Source: an uncultured delta proteobacterium (GTDB lineage: Bacteria > Myxococcota > Myxococcia > Myxococcales > Anaeromyxobacteraceae). From it: a stretch of DNA of 64,000 bases. Each line of letters opens with the position of its first letter. Position 1 is the first letter of the stretch. The DNA lies in the NCBI GenBank assembly GCA_963845515.1, contig CAWJSR010000002.1, positions 1-64,000 of the forward strand, in the 5' to 3' direction. A model generated the notes under the pieces. That model made no database searches, was not told the origin of the DNA, and worked only from the letters and a program-made list of their open reading frames with translations. The position numbers and the translations under genes are program-made. Shown piece by piece: positions 11,687-22,812 of this stretch.

Positions 11687-13491
11687 CGACCACGCCTGCG
11701 TCACCAGGCGGCGCGGCGGCGAGCGACGAGCTCTCGGCGCTCGACACCATCGGGAAGCTCGCTGCGCGGTTGCCCGACATCGGGGGCTTCCTCGATGAGG
11801 CGAGCAGGATCGTGCAGGCGCTGACCGGGTGCTCGGGGCTCGCGGTCTACGTGGTCGACGACGCCGGGCGGACGCTCACGCTGCTGCTACCAGCGCGGAG
11901 TCCCACGGGCAATCGCCATGGAGGTGGCGCAGGCCCCCGTGGAGTCGCCCGCCGTCTTCACCGTGCCGCAGTCCGAGGCGGACGTCGTCGAGCCGTCGAT
12001 CTACGGGCCCCGGTTCCGAGACGTGTTCGAGCAGACCGGGATAGGCACGCTGGCCCGCGTGCCGCTCCTCGTGGGCTCGCGGATCGTCGGCATCCTCGCG
12101 GTCGGCTTCGCGGGGAGCGCCAGGGAGGCGGCCGAGCGCCAGCTCCGGTTCCTCCGCGCGTTCGGCGCGCTGACGGCCGCGGTGATCAACTCGGCCAGGC
12201 TCCTCGGGGACCTCCGCCGGCGCGTCTCGGAGCTGACGCTGCTCAACGACCTCGCGGTCGCGTCGGCGCAGCTCGACCCGGTCTTCCTGCTCGACGGCGC
12301 CCTCAGGCGGATCGCCGAGGTCTTCGGCTGCGACATGGCCGCAGCCTTCCTGCGCGAGGGGAGCGAGCTCCACAACGTCTCGATCTTCGGCGTCAGGCCG
12401 GAGGCCATGTCGGCTGCGCGGATCGTCCCGATCGGCACGGGCCCGGCCGGCGCGGCGGTCGAGCGGCGCGACGTGGTCCTCTATCCCGACCCCGAGGCAC
12501 CCGGGGGAGCTTCGCCGAGATCATGCGCGGCGAGGGGATCCGCGCGGTGGCGGGGGTGCCGCTGCTGGCCAAGGGTGAGGCGGTGGGCGGGTTCGCCCTG
12601 GGACGGCGCACGGGGCAGCCGTTCACCGAGGAGGACGGCCGCTTCCTGAAGGCGCTCGGGGCGCAGCTCGGCATCGCGGTGGAGAACTCCAGGCTCTACG
12701 CGACCGCGCTCGCGGTGGGGCTGGAGAACGCCGGGCTGGCGGTCGACCTGGGTCGGAGCAACGCGGAGCTGGAGGTGGCGCAGGCGCGGCTGCTGCAGCG
12801 CGAGCGGCTCGCGGCCCTCGGCGCGGTGGCTGCGGCGGTCGCCCACGAGGTCCGCAACCCGCTCGGCGTGATCTTCAACGCGGTCGGCATGCTCCGCAGG
12901 CACCGCCAGGCCGGGGACGAGGAGGGGCGCGCGCTGGTCGACATGGTCGGGGAGGAGGCCGAGCGGCTGAACAGGATCGTCACCGACCTGCTCGGGTTCG
13001 CGCGCCCGCCGGTCGCGGCGATCCGGCCGACGCCGCTCGGGCCGGTGGTCGAGGAGGCGGTCCGCGCCGCGCTCACCGGGAGCCGCGCGCAGATCGAGAC
13101 CGGGATCGACCTGTCCCGCGAGCTCCCGCCCGTGGCCGTCGACGCGGGCCTGGTCAGGCAGGCCGTGATCAACGTGGTCATGAACGCCGTCCAGGCGATG
13201 GGGCGGGGCGGCAGGCTGCGGGTCCGCACCGCCACCGCCGGCCCGTTCGCCGAGATCGAGGTGACCGACACCGGCCCCGGCATCCCCGACGACCTGCGCG
13301 AGCGGATCTTCGAGCCCTTCTTCACCACCAAGAACAGCGGCACCGGGCTCGGGCTGGCCATCGTGAAGCAGGTCGTGGAGGCCCACGGCGGCGCCGTCGA
13401 GGTGAGCCCCGTCCCCGAAGGTGGCACGCGCTTCGTGCTCCGCTTCCCGCTCGCGCCGTCCCCCGGCGCGTCGACCCTGCCCGCGCATTGA
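11683..13491 (+). CDS. Cytoplasmic multi-GAF sensor histidine kinase (two apparent frameshifts near 11890 and 12495)
   Basis: GAF-like segments; H-box AAVAHEVRNPL; NAVQA; DTGPGI; FEPFFTTK; GTGLGL; GTG overlaps selB stop. Confidence 0.85.
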   Translation: MTTTPASPGGAAASDELSALDTIGKLAARLPDIGGFLDEASRIVQALTGCSGLAVYVVDDAGRTLTLLLPARSPTGNRHGGGAGPRGVARRLHRAAVRGGRRRAVDLRAPVPRRVRADRDRHAGPRAAPRGLADRRHPRGRLRGERQGGGRAPAPVPPRVRRADGRGDQLGQAPRGPPPARLGADAAQRPRGRVGAARPGLPARRRPQADRRGLRLRHGRSLPARGERAPQRLDLRRQAGGHVGCADRPDRHGPGRRGGRAARRGPLSRPRGTRGSFAEIMRGEGIRAVAGVPLLAKGEAVGGFALGRRTGQPFTEEDGRFLKALGAQLGIAVENSRLYATALAVGLENAGLAVDLGRSNAELEVAQARLLQRERLAALGAVAAAVAHEVRNPLGVIFNAVGMLRRHRQAGDEEGRALVDMVGEEAERLNRIVTDLLGFARPPVAAIRPTPLGPVVEEAVRAALTGSRAQIETGIDLSRELPPVAVDAGLVRQAVINVVMNAVQAMGRGGRLRVRTATAGPFAEIEVTDTGPGIPDDLRERIFEPFFTTKNSGTGLGLAIVKQVVEAHGGAVEVSPVPEGGTRFVLRFPLAPSPGASTLPAH

Positions 13492-13525
13492 AAAGCGGCA
13501 CGACTTCCGTTGTCATGGCGACCCG

Positions 13526-14943
13526 ATGATCGATCCGATCCCCAGCCTCACCGAAGCCCGCGCGCCGGCGCCCGACGGCAAGATCCTGATCGTCGACGAC
13601 GAGCCCAACATGCGGCGCTCCACGGCGATGATCCTGCGCCAGGCTGGGCACCTCACCGAGGACGCGGAGGACGGCGCGGTCGCCATCCAGCGGCTGGAGC
13701 AGGAGACCTTCGCGGTGGTCCTGACCGACCTGCGCATGCCCAACCGCGGCGGGCTGGAGGTGCTGCGCGCCGCGGTGACCCACTCCCCCGAGACGCAGGT
13801 CATCGTGATGACCGGCTTCGGGACGCTGGAGTCGGCGGTCGAGGCCGTGCGCGAGGGGGCGTGCGACTTCCTCTACAAGCCCTTCGAGGCCCACGAGCTG
13901 CTGCTCAGGGTGGCGATGGCCCAGGAGAAGCGCCGGCTCGTGCGCCAGGTCCGCTACTACAAGGCGGAGCACCAGCGGCTCTCCGCGAACACGCGGATCG
14001 TCGGCCAGTCCGCAGCGGTCCGCACGCTCCTGGAGAAGGTGGCGCGCGTCGGCCCGACCGACGCGACGGTGCTCATCACCGGAGAGTCGGGCACCGGGAA
14101 GGAGCTGGTCGCGCGCGAGCTCCACGAGGCGAGCCGCCGCAGCGAGCAGCCCTTCCTGCCGGTGAACTGCGCGGCGATCACCGAGACCCTCCTCGAGTCC
14201 GAGCTCTTCGGCCACGCGAAGGGGGCCTTCACCGGCGCCGTCCGCGCCCGCCGCGGGATGTTCGAGGAGGCCGACGGCGGCACCCTCTTCATCGACGAGA
14301 TCGGCGAGACCTCGCCCGGCTTCCAGGCCAAGCTGCTGCGCGTCCTCCAGGAGGGGGAGGTCCGCAGGGTGGGCGAGTCGACGTCGATCAAGGTCGACGT
14401 CCGCGTGATCGCCGCGACCAACCAGGACCTCAGGCGCGCCATCGCGGAGAAGCGGTTCCGCGAGGACCTCTTCTACCGGCTCAACGTGGTGCCGCTCCGG
14501 ATCCCCCCCCTGCGCGAGCGCAAGGAGGACATCCCGCTCCTCGCCGCGCACTTCCTCGCGCGGTTCAACGAGCGGTCGCGGACGCAGAAGGTGCTCGGCC
14601 CCGACGCCGTCGCGCGGCTCAAGGCCCACGCCTGGCCCGGCAACGTGCGGGAGCTGGAGAACATCATCGAGCAGGCCGCCTCGCTCTCCAGCTCGCCGGA
14701 GATCTCGGCGTCCGACGTCCAGATGGAGGAGCCGGACGGCCGCCGGCGTCGGCGTCGGTGGGCCCCGGCTCCGGCCGGCTGTCGGACGTCGTGGAGGAGG
14801 CGGAGCGGCGCGCCATCGAGGAGGCCCTGGCGCGGTGCCAGGGCGACCACGGGCGGGTGGCGAAGGAGCTCGGGATCTCCGCGACCACACTCTGGCGCAG
14901 GATGAAGCGGCTCGGCCTCTCCGGCGACCATCCGCCTACCTAG
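13526..14943 (+). CDS. Sigma54-dependent response regulator (NtrC family), frameshift near 14740
   Basis: Receiver ILIVDDE...DLRMP; GESGTGKE; ESELFGHAKGAFTGA; WPGNVRELEN; Fis-type HTH AKELGISATTLWRRMK in next frame. Confidence 0.93.
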
Positions 14944-14970
14944 GCCCCAACCTGCGACTCCCGGACCTGC

Positions 14971-15008
14971 ATTTCACTTTTGCAATTTCCTGATTTCACT
15001 TCTGCAAT
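14971..15008 (+). promoter_or_regulatory. Tandem enhancer (UAS) sites for a bacterial enhancer-binding protein
   Basis: ATTTCACTTTTGCAAT (14971-14986) and ATTTCACTTCTGCAAT (14993-15008), 22-bp period, each a near-palindrome TTTCA-N4-TGCAA. Confidence 0.7.
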
Positions 15009-15122
15009 ATCAAGCGCCTCGTTTTTGCTATCAGTCCGTACCGCCAGGAATCCCCGGTCTGCAAACCGCTGATATCATGGATTTTACAGTGAGCAGCGTC
15101 ACTTCTCGCCGCAGCCCATCTG

Positions 15123-15138
15123 TGGCACGCTGCTTGCT
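15123..15138 (+). promoter_or_regulatory. Sigma54 (-24/-12) promoter
   Basis: TGGCAC-GCTGC-TTGCT, exact match to TGGCAC-N5-TTGCW. Confidence 0.88.
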
Positions 15139-15148
15139 AACTATAGAG

Positions 15149-15220
15149 ACTGAAGTGCAGAGCTGCCTGTTGAGGTCGGTCCCCCCCCGCCACTTCAGCC
15201 GCGCTCTGCACTTCTTTTTT
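15149..15220 (+). ncRNA. Putative sigma54-dependent sRNA, Pxr-like single hairpin with C-rich loop
   Basis: Starts at predicted +1; 12-bp perfect stem GAAGTGCAGAGC/GCTCTGCACTTC, inner stem, GGTCCCCCCCC apex, T6 tail; no credible ORF downstream of the promoter. Confidence 0.72.
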
Positions 15221-15272
15221 GTCCCCTGAGCGCACTCTAAGTGCGTCTCCCCGTTCTGTTCGGATGATTGGC

Positions 15273-15322
15273 AAAAACAAAACCGGCGGCGCCCCGTCCC
15301 TGGGCGACCGCCGGCTTCTTGT
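15273..15322. terminator. Probable bidirectional intrinsic terminator after nuoN
   Basis: A-tract AAAAACAAAA + CCGGCGGCGCCC...GGGCGACCGCCGG stem + CTTCTTGTT. Confidence 0.7.
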
Positions 15323-15352
15323 TCCGCCGCGGTGTGACCGCGCGCCGTGTCG

Positions 15353-16826
15353 CTACATGATCATCGCGCCGGCAACCTGCGCCAGCCGCACCAGCGGGTC
15401 GGCGCCGATGCCCAGCACCACCACGGCGATGGCCGCGACCGCCAGCGCGAACGAGGACGCCGTGGACGAGATCGCCTCGTCGGCCCCCTCCGCCGGCTTC
15501 ATGTACATGAAGACCACGACGCGCAGGTAGTAGTAGGCGCCCATCGCGCTCGTGAGGACGCCGACGATCGCGAGGCCGTACAGCTCCGCCCCGACCGCCG
15601 CCTGGAAGACGTAGAGCTTCCCGATGAAGCCCGCGGTCGGCGGCACGCCCGCCAGCGAGAGCAGGAAGACCGCCATCACGAAGGCGAGCGCCGGGCGGGT
15701 CTTCGCCAGCCCGGCGAAGCGGGTGAGGTCCCAGGGTGCTCCCGGCTCGTCGTCGAGCCGCGCCCTCCGCTCGATCGTGCCCACGACGGCGAAGGCGCCG
15801 ATGGCCGAGGCGGTGTAGGACACCAGGTAGAAGAGGATTCCGGAGAGCGCCTTCTCGCGCGCACCGGCGACCGACGCCGCGAGGACACCGACCAGCAGGT
15901 AGCCGGCGTGGGCGATCGAGGAGTAGGCGAGCATCCGCTTGACGCTCTGCTGCGGCAGCGCGAGCAGGTTGCCGAAGAACATCGTCAGGAGCGCGAGGCC
16001 GGTGACCACCGCCGCCAGCGCCGCGGGGAGCCCGGCGGCGCCCGACATGGCCGAGAGGAAGATGCGCGCGAGGAGGGCGAAGGCCGCCGTCTTGACGCCT
16101 GCCGCCATGAAGGCGGTGACCGGCGTCGGCGCGCCCTCGTAGACGTCCGGGCGTCCAGGTGTGGAACGGGACCGCGGCGACCTTGAAGGCGACGCCCACG
16201 ACGACCAGGGCGATGCCCGCGAGGTAGATGGGCGAGCCGGCCGGCGCCTGGCGGAACGACGAGAAGAGCAGCGAGCCGGTGGCGCCGTAGACGAGCGACG
16301 CCCCGTAGAGGAGCAGGGCCGACGAGAAGGCGCCGAGGATGAAGTACTTGAAGGCCGCCTCGGTCGGGCGCTTGCCGCGCCGGATGTAGGCCGCGAGCGC
16401 GTACGTGGCGAGGCTCATGACCTCGATGGAGATGAAGGCCACCAGGAGGTCAGCCGCCATGCCCAGGAGCGACATGCCAGCCGCGCTGAACATCGCGAGC
16501 GCGTAGAACTCGCCGCGCTCGGCGTTGCGCGCCTGGAGCCAGCCAGCGCCGACCAGCGCCGAGAGGCCGAGCCCGGCGCAGACGACCACGGTGACGAAGG
16601 CCGAGAAGCCGTCGGCCACCGCCTGGCCGCCGAACACGATGCCGGCGGGGGGCGTGATGGCGGCGGTGGCGCCGGCCACGAGGGCGAACGCGACCGTGAG
16701 CCACGCCTGGTAGGCGCGCCGGCCGGTGGTCGAGAAGACCTCCGCGAGGAGCAGGACCAGGGCCCCGACGGTCAGGATGGCGACCGGGACGAGAGCGATG
16801 AAGTCCGGGGGGAGGATGGGGCGCAT
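15353..16826 (-). CDS. nuoN: NADH-quinone oxidoreductase subunit N (frameshift near 16150)
   Basis: [69 protein letters not shown]. Confidence 0.93.
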
Positions 16827-16827
16827 G

Positions 16828-18486
<1,659 letters not shown>

Positions 18487-18489
18487 GGC

Positions 18490-20565
18490 TTAGAGGCCTC
18501 CAGCGCCGAGCACGTTGAAGAGGATGACCGCCGCGGCAACCGCCATGAGCGCCGCGTACCACTGGATGTCACCGGTCTGGATGCCCCGCATGATCCGGCC
18601 GACGGCCCCGAAGGCACGCGCCGTCCCCATCACGAGGATGCCGTCGATGGCGAAGACGTCCACCACGCGCCAGAGCAGGCGCGCGACGTAGTTGAGCGGG
18701 TTGATGAACACGTACTCGTAGAGCTCGTCCACGCGGAACTTCTCGTAGGCGAACTTGTACAGGTTCGGCGAGCCGATCATCAGCCTCGCCGGGAGCGCCT
18801 TGAGCGGCCCGAGGTACAGCGCCCAGGCGACGATGGTGCCGACGAGGGCGATGACCCAGGCCGCGAAGTAGGGCCAGGACGGGTGGGCCGCCTCGGTCAT
18901 GACACCGGTGACCGCGTCGTGGACCACGTGGAAGTGGTGGGACGCCAGGAGGTTCTGCGTCCCGGCCTCGAACACCCGCGCGGTGAAGTTCTTGAAGACG
19001 TGGCCCCACTGGCCGGGGAGCGGAAGCTCCAGGCCGGCGGCGACGACCGCGAGGAACGCCAGGATCCCGAGCGGGACCGTCATGATCGGCGACGACTCGT
19101 GGGCGTGCTCGGCGTCGTGGCTGCGCGCCTCGCCGAAGAAGACGAGGAAGATGAGCCGGGTCATGTAGAACGCGGTCCCGAGCGCGGCCAGCGCGCCCAG
19201 GGCGTACGCGGTCGGGCCGACCCAGCCGAGCGCGTGGTTCGAGCTGAAGAGCGCGTTGCCGAGGATGGCGTCCTTCGACCAGAAGCCGGAGAGCGGGACG
19301 ATGCCGGTGATGGCCGCGGTCGAGACCAGGAAGGTGATCGCGGTGTACGGCATCTTCTTGAGCAGGCCACCCATGATCCGGATGTCGCCCTTGTCGCCCA
19401 TCCCGTGCATCACCGACCCGGCCCCGAGGAAGAGGCAGGCCTTGAAGAACGCGTGGGTGACGAGGTGCAGGATGCCGGCCCACCAGGCGCCGACGCCGAC
19501 GCCGATGAACATGAAGCCGAGCTGGCTGACGGTGGAGTAGGCCAGCACCTTCTTGATGTCGGTCTGGGTGAAGGCGATGAGCGCGGACACCAGCGCGGTG
19601 AGCGCGCCGACCAGCGTCACCACCGCCATCGCGGTCGGCGAGAGGCTGAAGAGGTAGTTGTTGCGGGCGACGAGGTAGACGCCGGCGGTCACCATGGTGG
19701 CCGCGTGGATGAGGGCGGAGACCGGGGTCGGGCCCGCCATCGCGTCGGGGAGCCAGATGTAGAGCGGGATCTGGGCCGACTTGCCGCAGGCGCCGACGAA
19801 GAGGCCGATGAGCGCCAGCGTCAGGGCCGCGCTCCAGGTCCAGCCGGCGAAGAGGCCGCCCTCGATGATGGCGCCCGTCTTCACGTACTCGGCGATCTCC
19901 ATCCCCTTCGACTGCAGCTCGCCGTAGCTGACCGTCCCGAAGAGCGAGACCAGGACGAAGACGCCGACGAGGAAGCCGAAGTCGCCGACCCGGTTCGTCA
20001 CGAAGGCCTTGCGACCGGCGAAGGCCTTCATCGGGTCCGTGTACCAGAACCCGATCAGCAGGTAGGAGCAGAGCCCCACGCCCTCCCACCCGACGAAGGT
20101 GAGGATCAGGCTGTCGCCGAGGACGAGGACGAGCATCGCCGCGACGAACAGGTTCAGGTACGTGAAGAACTTGGCGAACCCCTGCTCGTCCTCGTGCGAC
20201 ATGTACGAGATCGAGTAGATGTGGATCAGGGTGCCGACCCCGGTGACGACCATGATCATGGTCCCGGAGAGGCGGTCCACCAGGAGACCCCACGTCACAC
20301 TGATGAGGGTGCGGCCGTCAGGGCCCGCCACCTCGATCCAGGGCTGTCCCGAATACTTCAGGACGCTGCCGTTCATCGTGTGGATGAAGGCTGCCAGTGA
20401 GAACGTAAAGGAGGCCACCATCACCGCGACTGCTATGAACGCGGCGTTCCCTTTCCCTAGTCGGCGGCCCAGAAGGGCATTTATGCCGGCTCCGAAGAGC
20501 GGAAAGAGGATGATGGCCCAAAGATACGACTCCGCTGCGACGGGATAAGCGAAGACCGGGGGCAT
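18490..20565 (-). CDS. nuoL: NADH-quinone oxidoreductase subunit L
   Basis: GWEGVGLCSYLLIGFW, GKSAQIPLYIWLPDAMAGPTPVSALIHAATMVTAG, HAFFKACLFL. Confidence 0.96.
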   Translation of the reverse strand: MPPVFAYPVAAESYLWAIILFPLFGAGINALLGRRLGKGNAAFIAVAVMVASFTFSLAAFIHTMNGSVLKYSGQPWIEVAGPDGRTLISVTWGLLVDRLSGTMIMVVTGVGTLIHIYSISYMSHEDEQGFAKFFTYLNLFVAAMLVLVLGDSLILTFVGWEGVGLCSYLLIGFWYTDPMKAFAGRKAFVTNRVGDFGFLVGVFVLVSLFGTVSYGELQSKGMEIAEYVKTGAIIEGGLFAGWTWSAALTLALIGLFVGACGKSAQIPLYIWLPDAMAGPTPVSALIHAATMVTAGVYLVARNNYLFSLSPTAMAVVTLVGALTALVSALIAFTQTDIKKVLAYSTVSQLGFMFIGVGVGAWWAGILHLVTHAFFKACLFLGAGSVMHGMGDKGDIRIMGGLLKKMPYTAITFLVSTAAITGIVPLSGFWSKDAILGNALFSSNHALGWVGPTAYALGALAALGTAFYMTRLIFLVFFGEARSHDAEHAHESSPIMTVPLGILAFLAVVAAGLELPLPGQWGHVFKNFTARVFEAGTQNLLASHHFHVVHDAVTGVMTEAAHPSWPYFAAWVIALVGTIVAWALYLGPLKALPARLMIGSPNLYKFAYEKFRVDELYEYVFINPLNYVARLLWRVVDVFAIDGILVMGTARAFGAVGRIMRGIQTGDIQWYAALMAVAAAVILFNVLGAGGL

Positions 20566-20645
20566 AAGAGTGGGGCGAAGGATTACCCTCTTGTATGCTC
20601 CGAGACAAGAAGTAATGAGGCGAAATCCCTGAGGTAAACTCGGAC

Positions 20646-22130
20646 ATGACGGCTCCAGATTGGACCGCAGACGGTGCGGCAGAAGCGCGCAAGCTCCCCA
20701 GGACCGACAGGTTGCTGCAGGCCGCCGACCGAGCCGGGCTCGTGGCGAGCCTGGGCCACCCGGCGGTTATCGAGGCGATCAGGGACGAGCTGGACCGGCT
20801 GCGGGGCGAGATCCTCGCCGGCTCCCCCTGCCCCGCCGCCGAGGCTATCGAGAGCGACCTGCTCGATCGCCTGGAGGCCTCCCGTCCGGGTTCGCTACGG
20901 CCAGTGGTGAACGCGAGCGGCGTCGTGATCCACACCAACCTCGGGCGCGCCCCCTTGTCGACCTCCGCGCTCGCGGCGATGACGGAGGCGGCCAGGGGCT
21001 ACGTCTCGCTCGAGTACGACCTCGAGGCCGGTGAGCGAGGGGACCGGTACGACCACGCCTCCGGCGCCCTGTGCCGCCTGACCGGCGCCGAGGCGGCGGT
21101 CGTGGTGAACAACAACGCCGCGGCGGTGATGCTCGCGCTGTCGGCGTTGATGGAGGGGCCCCCCTCACCCTCCCCTCTCCCCGGATCGCACCTCTCCCCC
21201 GCCCCCGCGGGGGAGAGGCTGGGTGAGGGGGCAGCCCCGACCCCCGAGGTCATCGTCAGCCGGGGCCAGTTGGTGGAGATCGGCGGCGGCTTCCGGATCC
21301 CCGACGTCCTGCGCCAGTCGGGGGCGCGGCTCGTCGAGGTCGGAACCACCAACCGGACCTACCTGCGCGACTACGATGAAGCCGTCGGGCCGGCCACCCG
21401 CATCCTCCTGTCCGTCCATCGGTCCAACTTCCGGCTCTCCGGCTTCGTGCACGAGGCGTCGCTGGACGAGCTGGTCGCGCTCGGGCGGCGGCGCGGGATC
21501 TGGGTGGTGGAGGACCTCGGCTCCGGAGCCCTCCTCACCACCGAGCCCTTCGGGCTAGGCCACGAGCCGACCGTCATCGAGCGGGTCCGCGCAGGCGCCG
21601 ACGTCGTCTGCTTCTCGGGGGACAAGCTCCTCGGCGGCCCGCAGGCCGGCATCCTGGCCGGCACCGCGGAGGCGATCGCGCGCGTGAAGCGCCACCCGCT
21701 GATGCGGGCGCTCCGCGTCGACAAGGTGACGCTCGCCGGGCTCTCGGCGACGCTCGCCCACTACGAGCGGGGCGAGGCGACCGAGGAGGTCCCGGTCTGG
21801 AGGGCGATCGCGACGTCGCCCGAGGCGCTGGCCGCCCGCGCCGGGCGCTGGCTGGAGGCGCTGCGCGACGTCGCCCCTCGCGGCCTCGCGCTCGTCGCCG
21901 GGCAGTCCGCGATCGGCGGGGGGACGCTCCCCGACGTGACGCTGCCGACGACGCTCCTGGCGCTGCCTCCCGGCGACGCCGACGGGCTGGCAGCCCGCCT
22001 GCGCCACGGGGATCCGCCGGTGGTGGGGCGGATCGAGGACGGGCGCGTGGTGCTCGACCCGCGGACGGTGATGCCGTGGGAGGACGAGCTGCTGGTCCGC
22101 AGGGTGAGGGAGGCGCTCGCTACGGGTTGA
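20646..22130 (+). CDS. selA: L-seryl-tRNA(Sec) selenium transferase
   Basis: VNASGVVIHTNLGRA, VNNNAAAV, SRGQLVEIGGGFRIPD, EVGTTNRT, FSGDKLLGGPQAG. Confidence 0.96.
   Translation: MTAPDWTADGAAEARKLPRTDRLLQAADRAGLVASLGHPAVIEAIRDELDRLRGEILAGSPCPAAEAIESDLLDRLEASRPGSLRPVVNASGVVIHTNLGRAPLSTSALAAMTEAARGYVSLEYDLEAGERGDRYDHASGALCRLTGAEAAVVVNNNAAAVMLALSALMEGPPSPSPLPGSHLSPAPAGERLGEGAAPTPEVIVSRGQLVEIGGGFRIPDVLRQSGARLVEVGTTNRTYLRDYDEAVGPATRILLSVHRSNFRLSGFVHEASLDELVALGRRRGIWVVEDLGSGALLTTEPFGLGHEPTVIERVRAGADVVCFSGDKLLGGPQAGILAGTAEAIARVKRHPLMRALRVDKVTLAGLSATLAHYERGEATEEVPVWRAIATSPEALAARAGRWLEALRDVAPRGLALVAGQSAIGGGTLPDVTLPTTLLALPPGDADGLAARLRHGDPPVVGRIEDGRVVLDPRTVMPWEDELLVRRVREALATG
21158..21232. repeat. REP-like double palindrome inserted in frame within selA
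   Basis: Outer arms CCCCCTCACCC/GGGTGAGGGGG, inner arms CCTCTCCCCCGC/GCGGGGGAGAGG; encodes PPSPSPLPGSHLSPAPAGERLGEGA. Confidence 0.8.
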
Positions 22131-22812
22131 ACCGGTAGCCGATGCCGCGCACGGTCTCCAGGTGCCTCGGCTGCTCGGCGTCGTCGCCGAGGTGCGAGCG
22201 CAGGCGGGCGACGAAGTTGTCGACCGTCCTGGCGGTGCCGAAGTAGCGCGAGCCCCAGACCGCCTCGAGCAGCTGCTCGCGCGAGAAGACGCGGTCGGGG
22301 TGGGTGACGAACCAGGCGAGCAGGTCGTACTCGCGCGACGTCAGCTCCAGCGGCCGTCCCCAGATGGTGGCGCGCCGCGACGAGAGGTCGATCTCGATCG
22401 GCCCCGCCCGCTTCATCGTCTCGTGCGGTGCGCCGCCCGCGCGGAGCTGCCGCCGCCGCATGAGCGCCTCGATCCGCGCGAGCAGCTCCTTCAGGCCGAA
22501 CGGCTTCGTCATGTAGTCGTCGGCGCCGAACTGGAGCCCCCTCACCTTGTCCAGCTCCTGCCCCTTGGCCGACAGGATCAGGATCGGGACGTCGGGATCC
22601 GTCTCGCGCAGCTGCTGGACCAGCTCGAGCCCGCCCAGCTTCGGGAGCATCACGTCCACGAGCAGCAGGTCCGGCTTCTCGGTGCGGGCGAGCGCGAGCC
22701 CCGCCTCGCCGTCCATCGCCGAGCGGACGGTGAAGCCCTCCATCCCGAGGTTGAGCTGGAGCCCGCGCAGGATGGACGGGTCGTCCTCCACGATCAGGAT
22801 GCGCCCCTTCAC
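22120..22812 (-). CDS. OmpR-family response regulator
   Basis: ILIVEDD, DVMLP, GADDYMTKPF, LTSREYDLL, RTVDNFVARLR, TVRGIGYRF. Confidence 0.93.
   Translation of the reverse strand: MKGRILIVEDDPSILRGLQLNLGMEGFTVRSAMDGEAGLALARTEKPDLLLVDVMLPKLGGLELVQQLRETDPDVPILILSAKGQELDKVRGLQFGADDYMTKPFGLKELLARIEALMRRRQLRAGGAPHETMKRAGPIEIDLSSRRATIWGRPLELTSREYDLLAWFVTHPDRVFSREQLLEAVWGSRYFGTARTVDNFVARLRSHLGDDAEQPRHLETVRGIGYRFNP

Noticed and set aside
15149..15220. Hairpin as tRNA-Sec or as merely the nuoN terminator
   Set aside because: No cloverleaf, anticodon or CCA; nuoN has its own terminator at ~15273-15322 and this hairpin's U-tract and promoter are on the plus strand.
15219..15530. 103-aa plus-strand ORF as the target of the sigma54 promoter
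   Set aside because: Starts at the U-tract without RBS, crosses a terminator and is antisense to nuoN.
20330..20645. Lower-GC stretch at the nuoL 5' end as foreign DNA
   Set aside because: Short, in frame with nuoL and coincides with the divergent promoter region.
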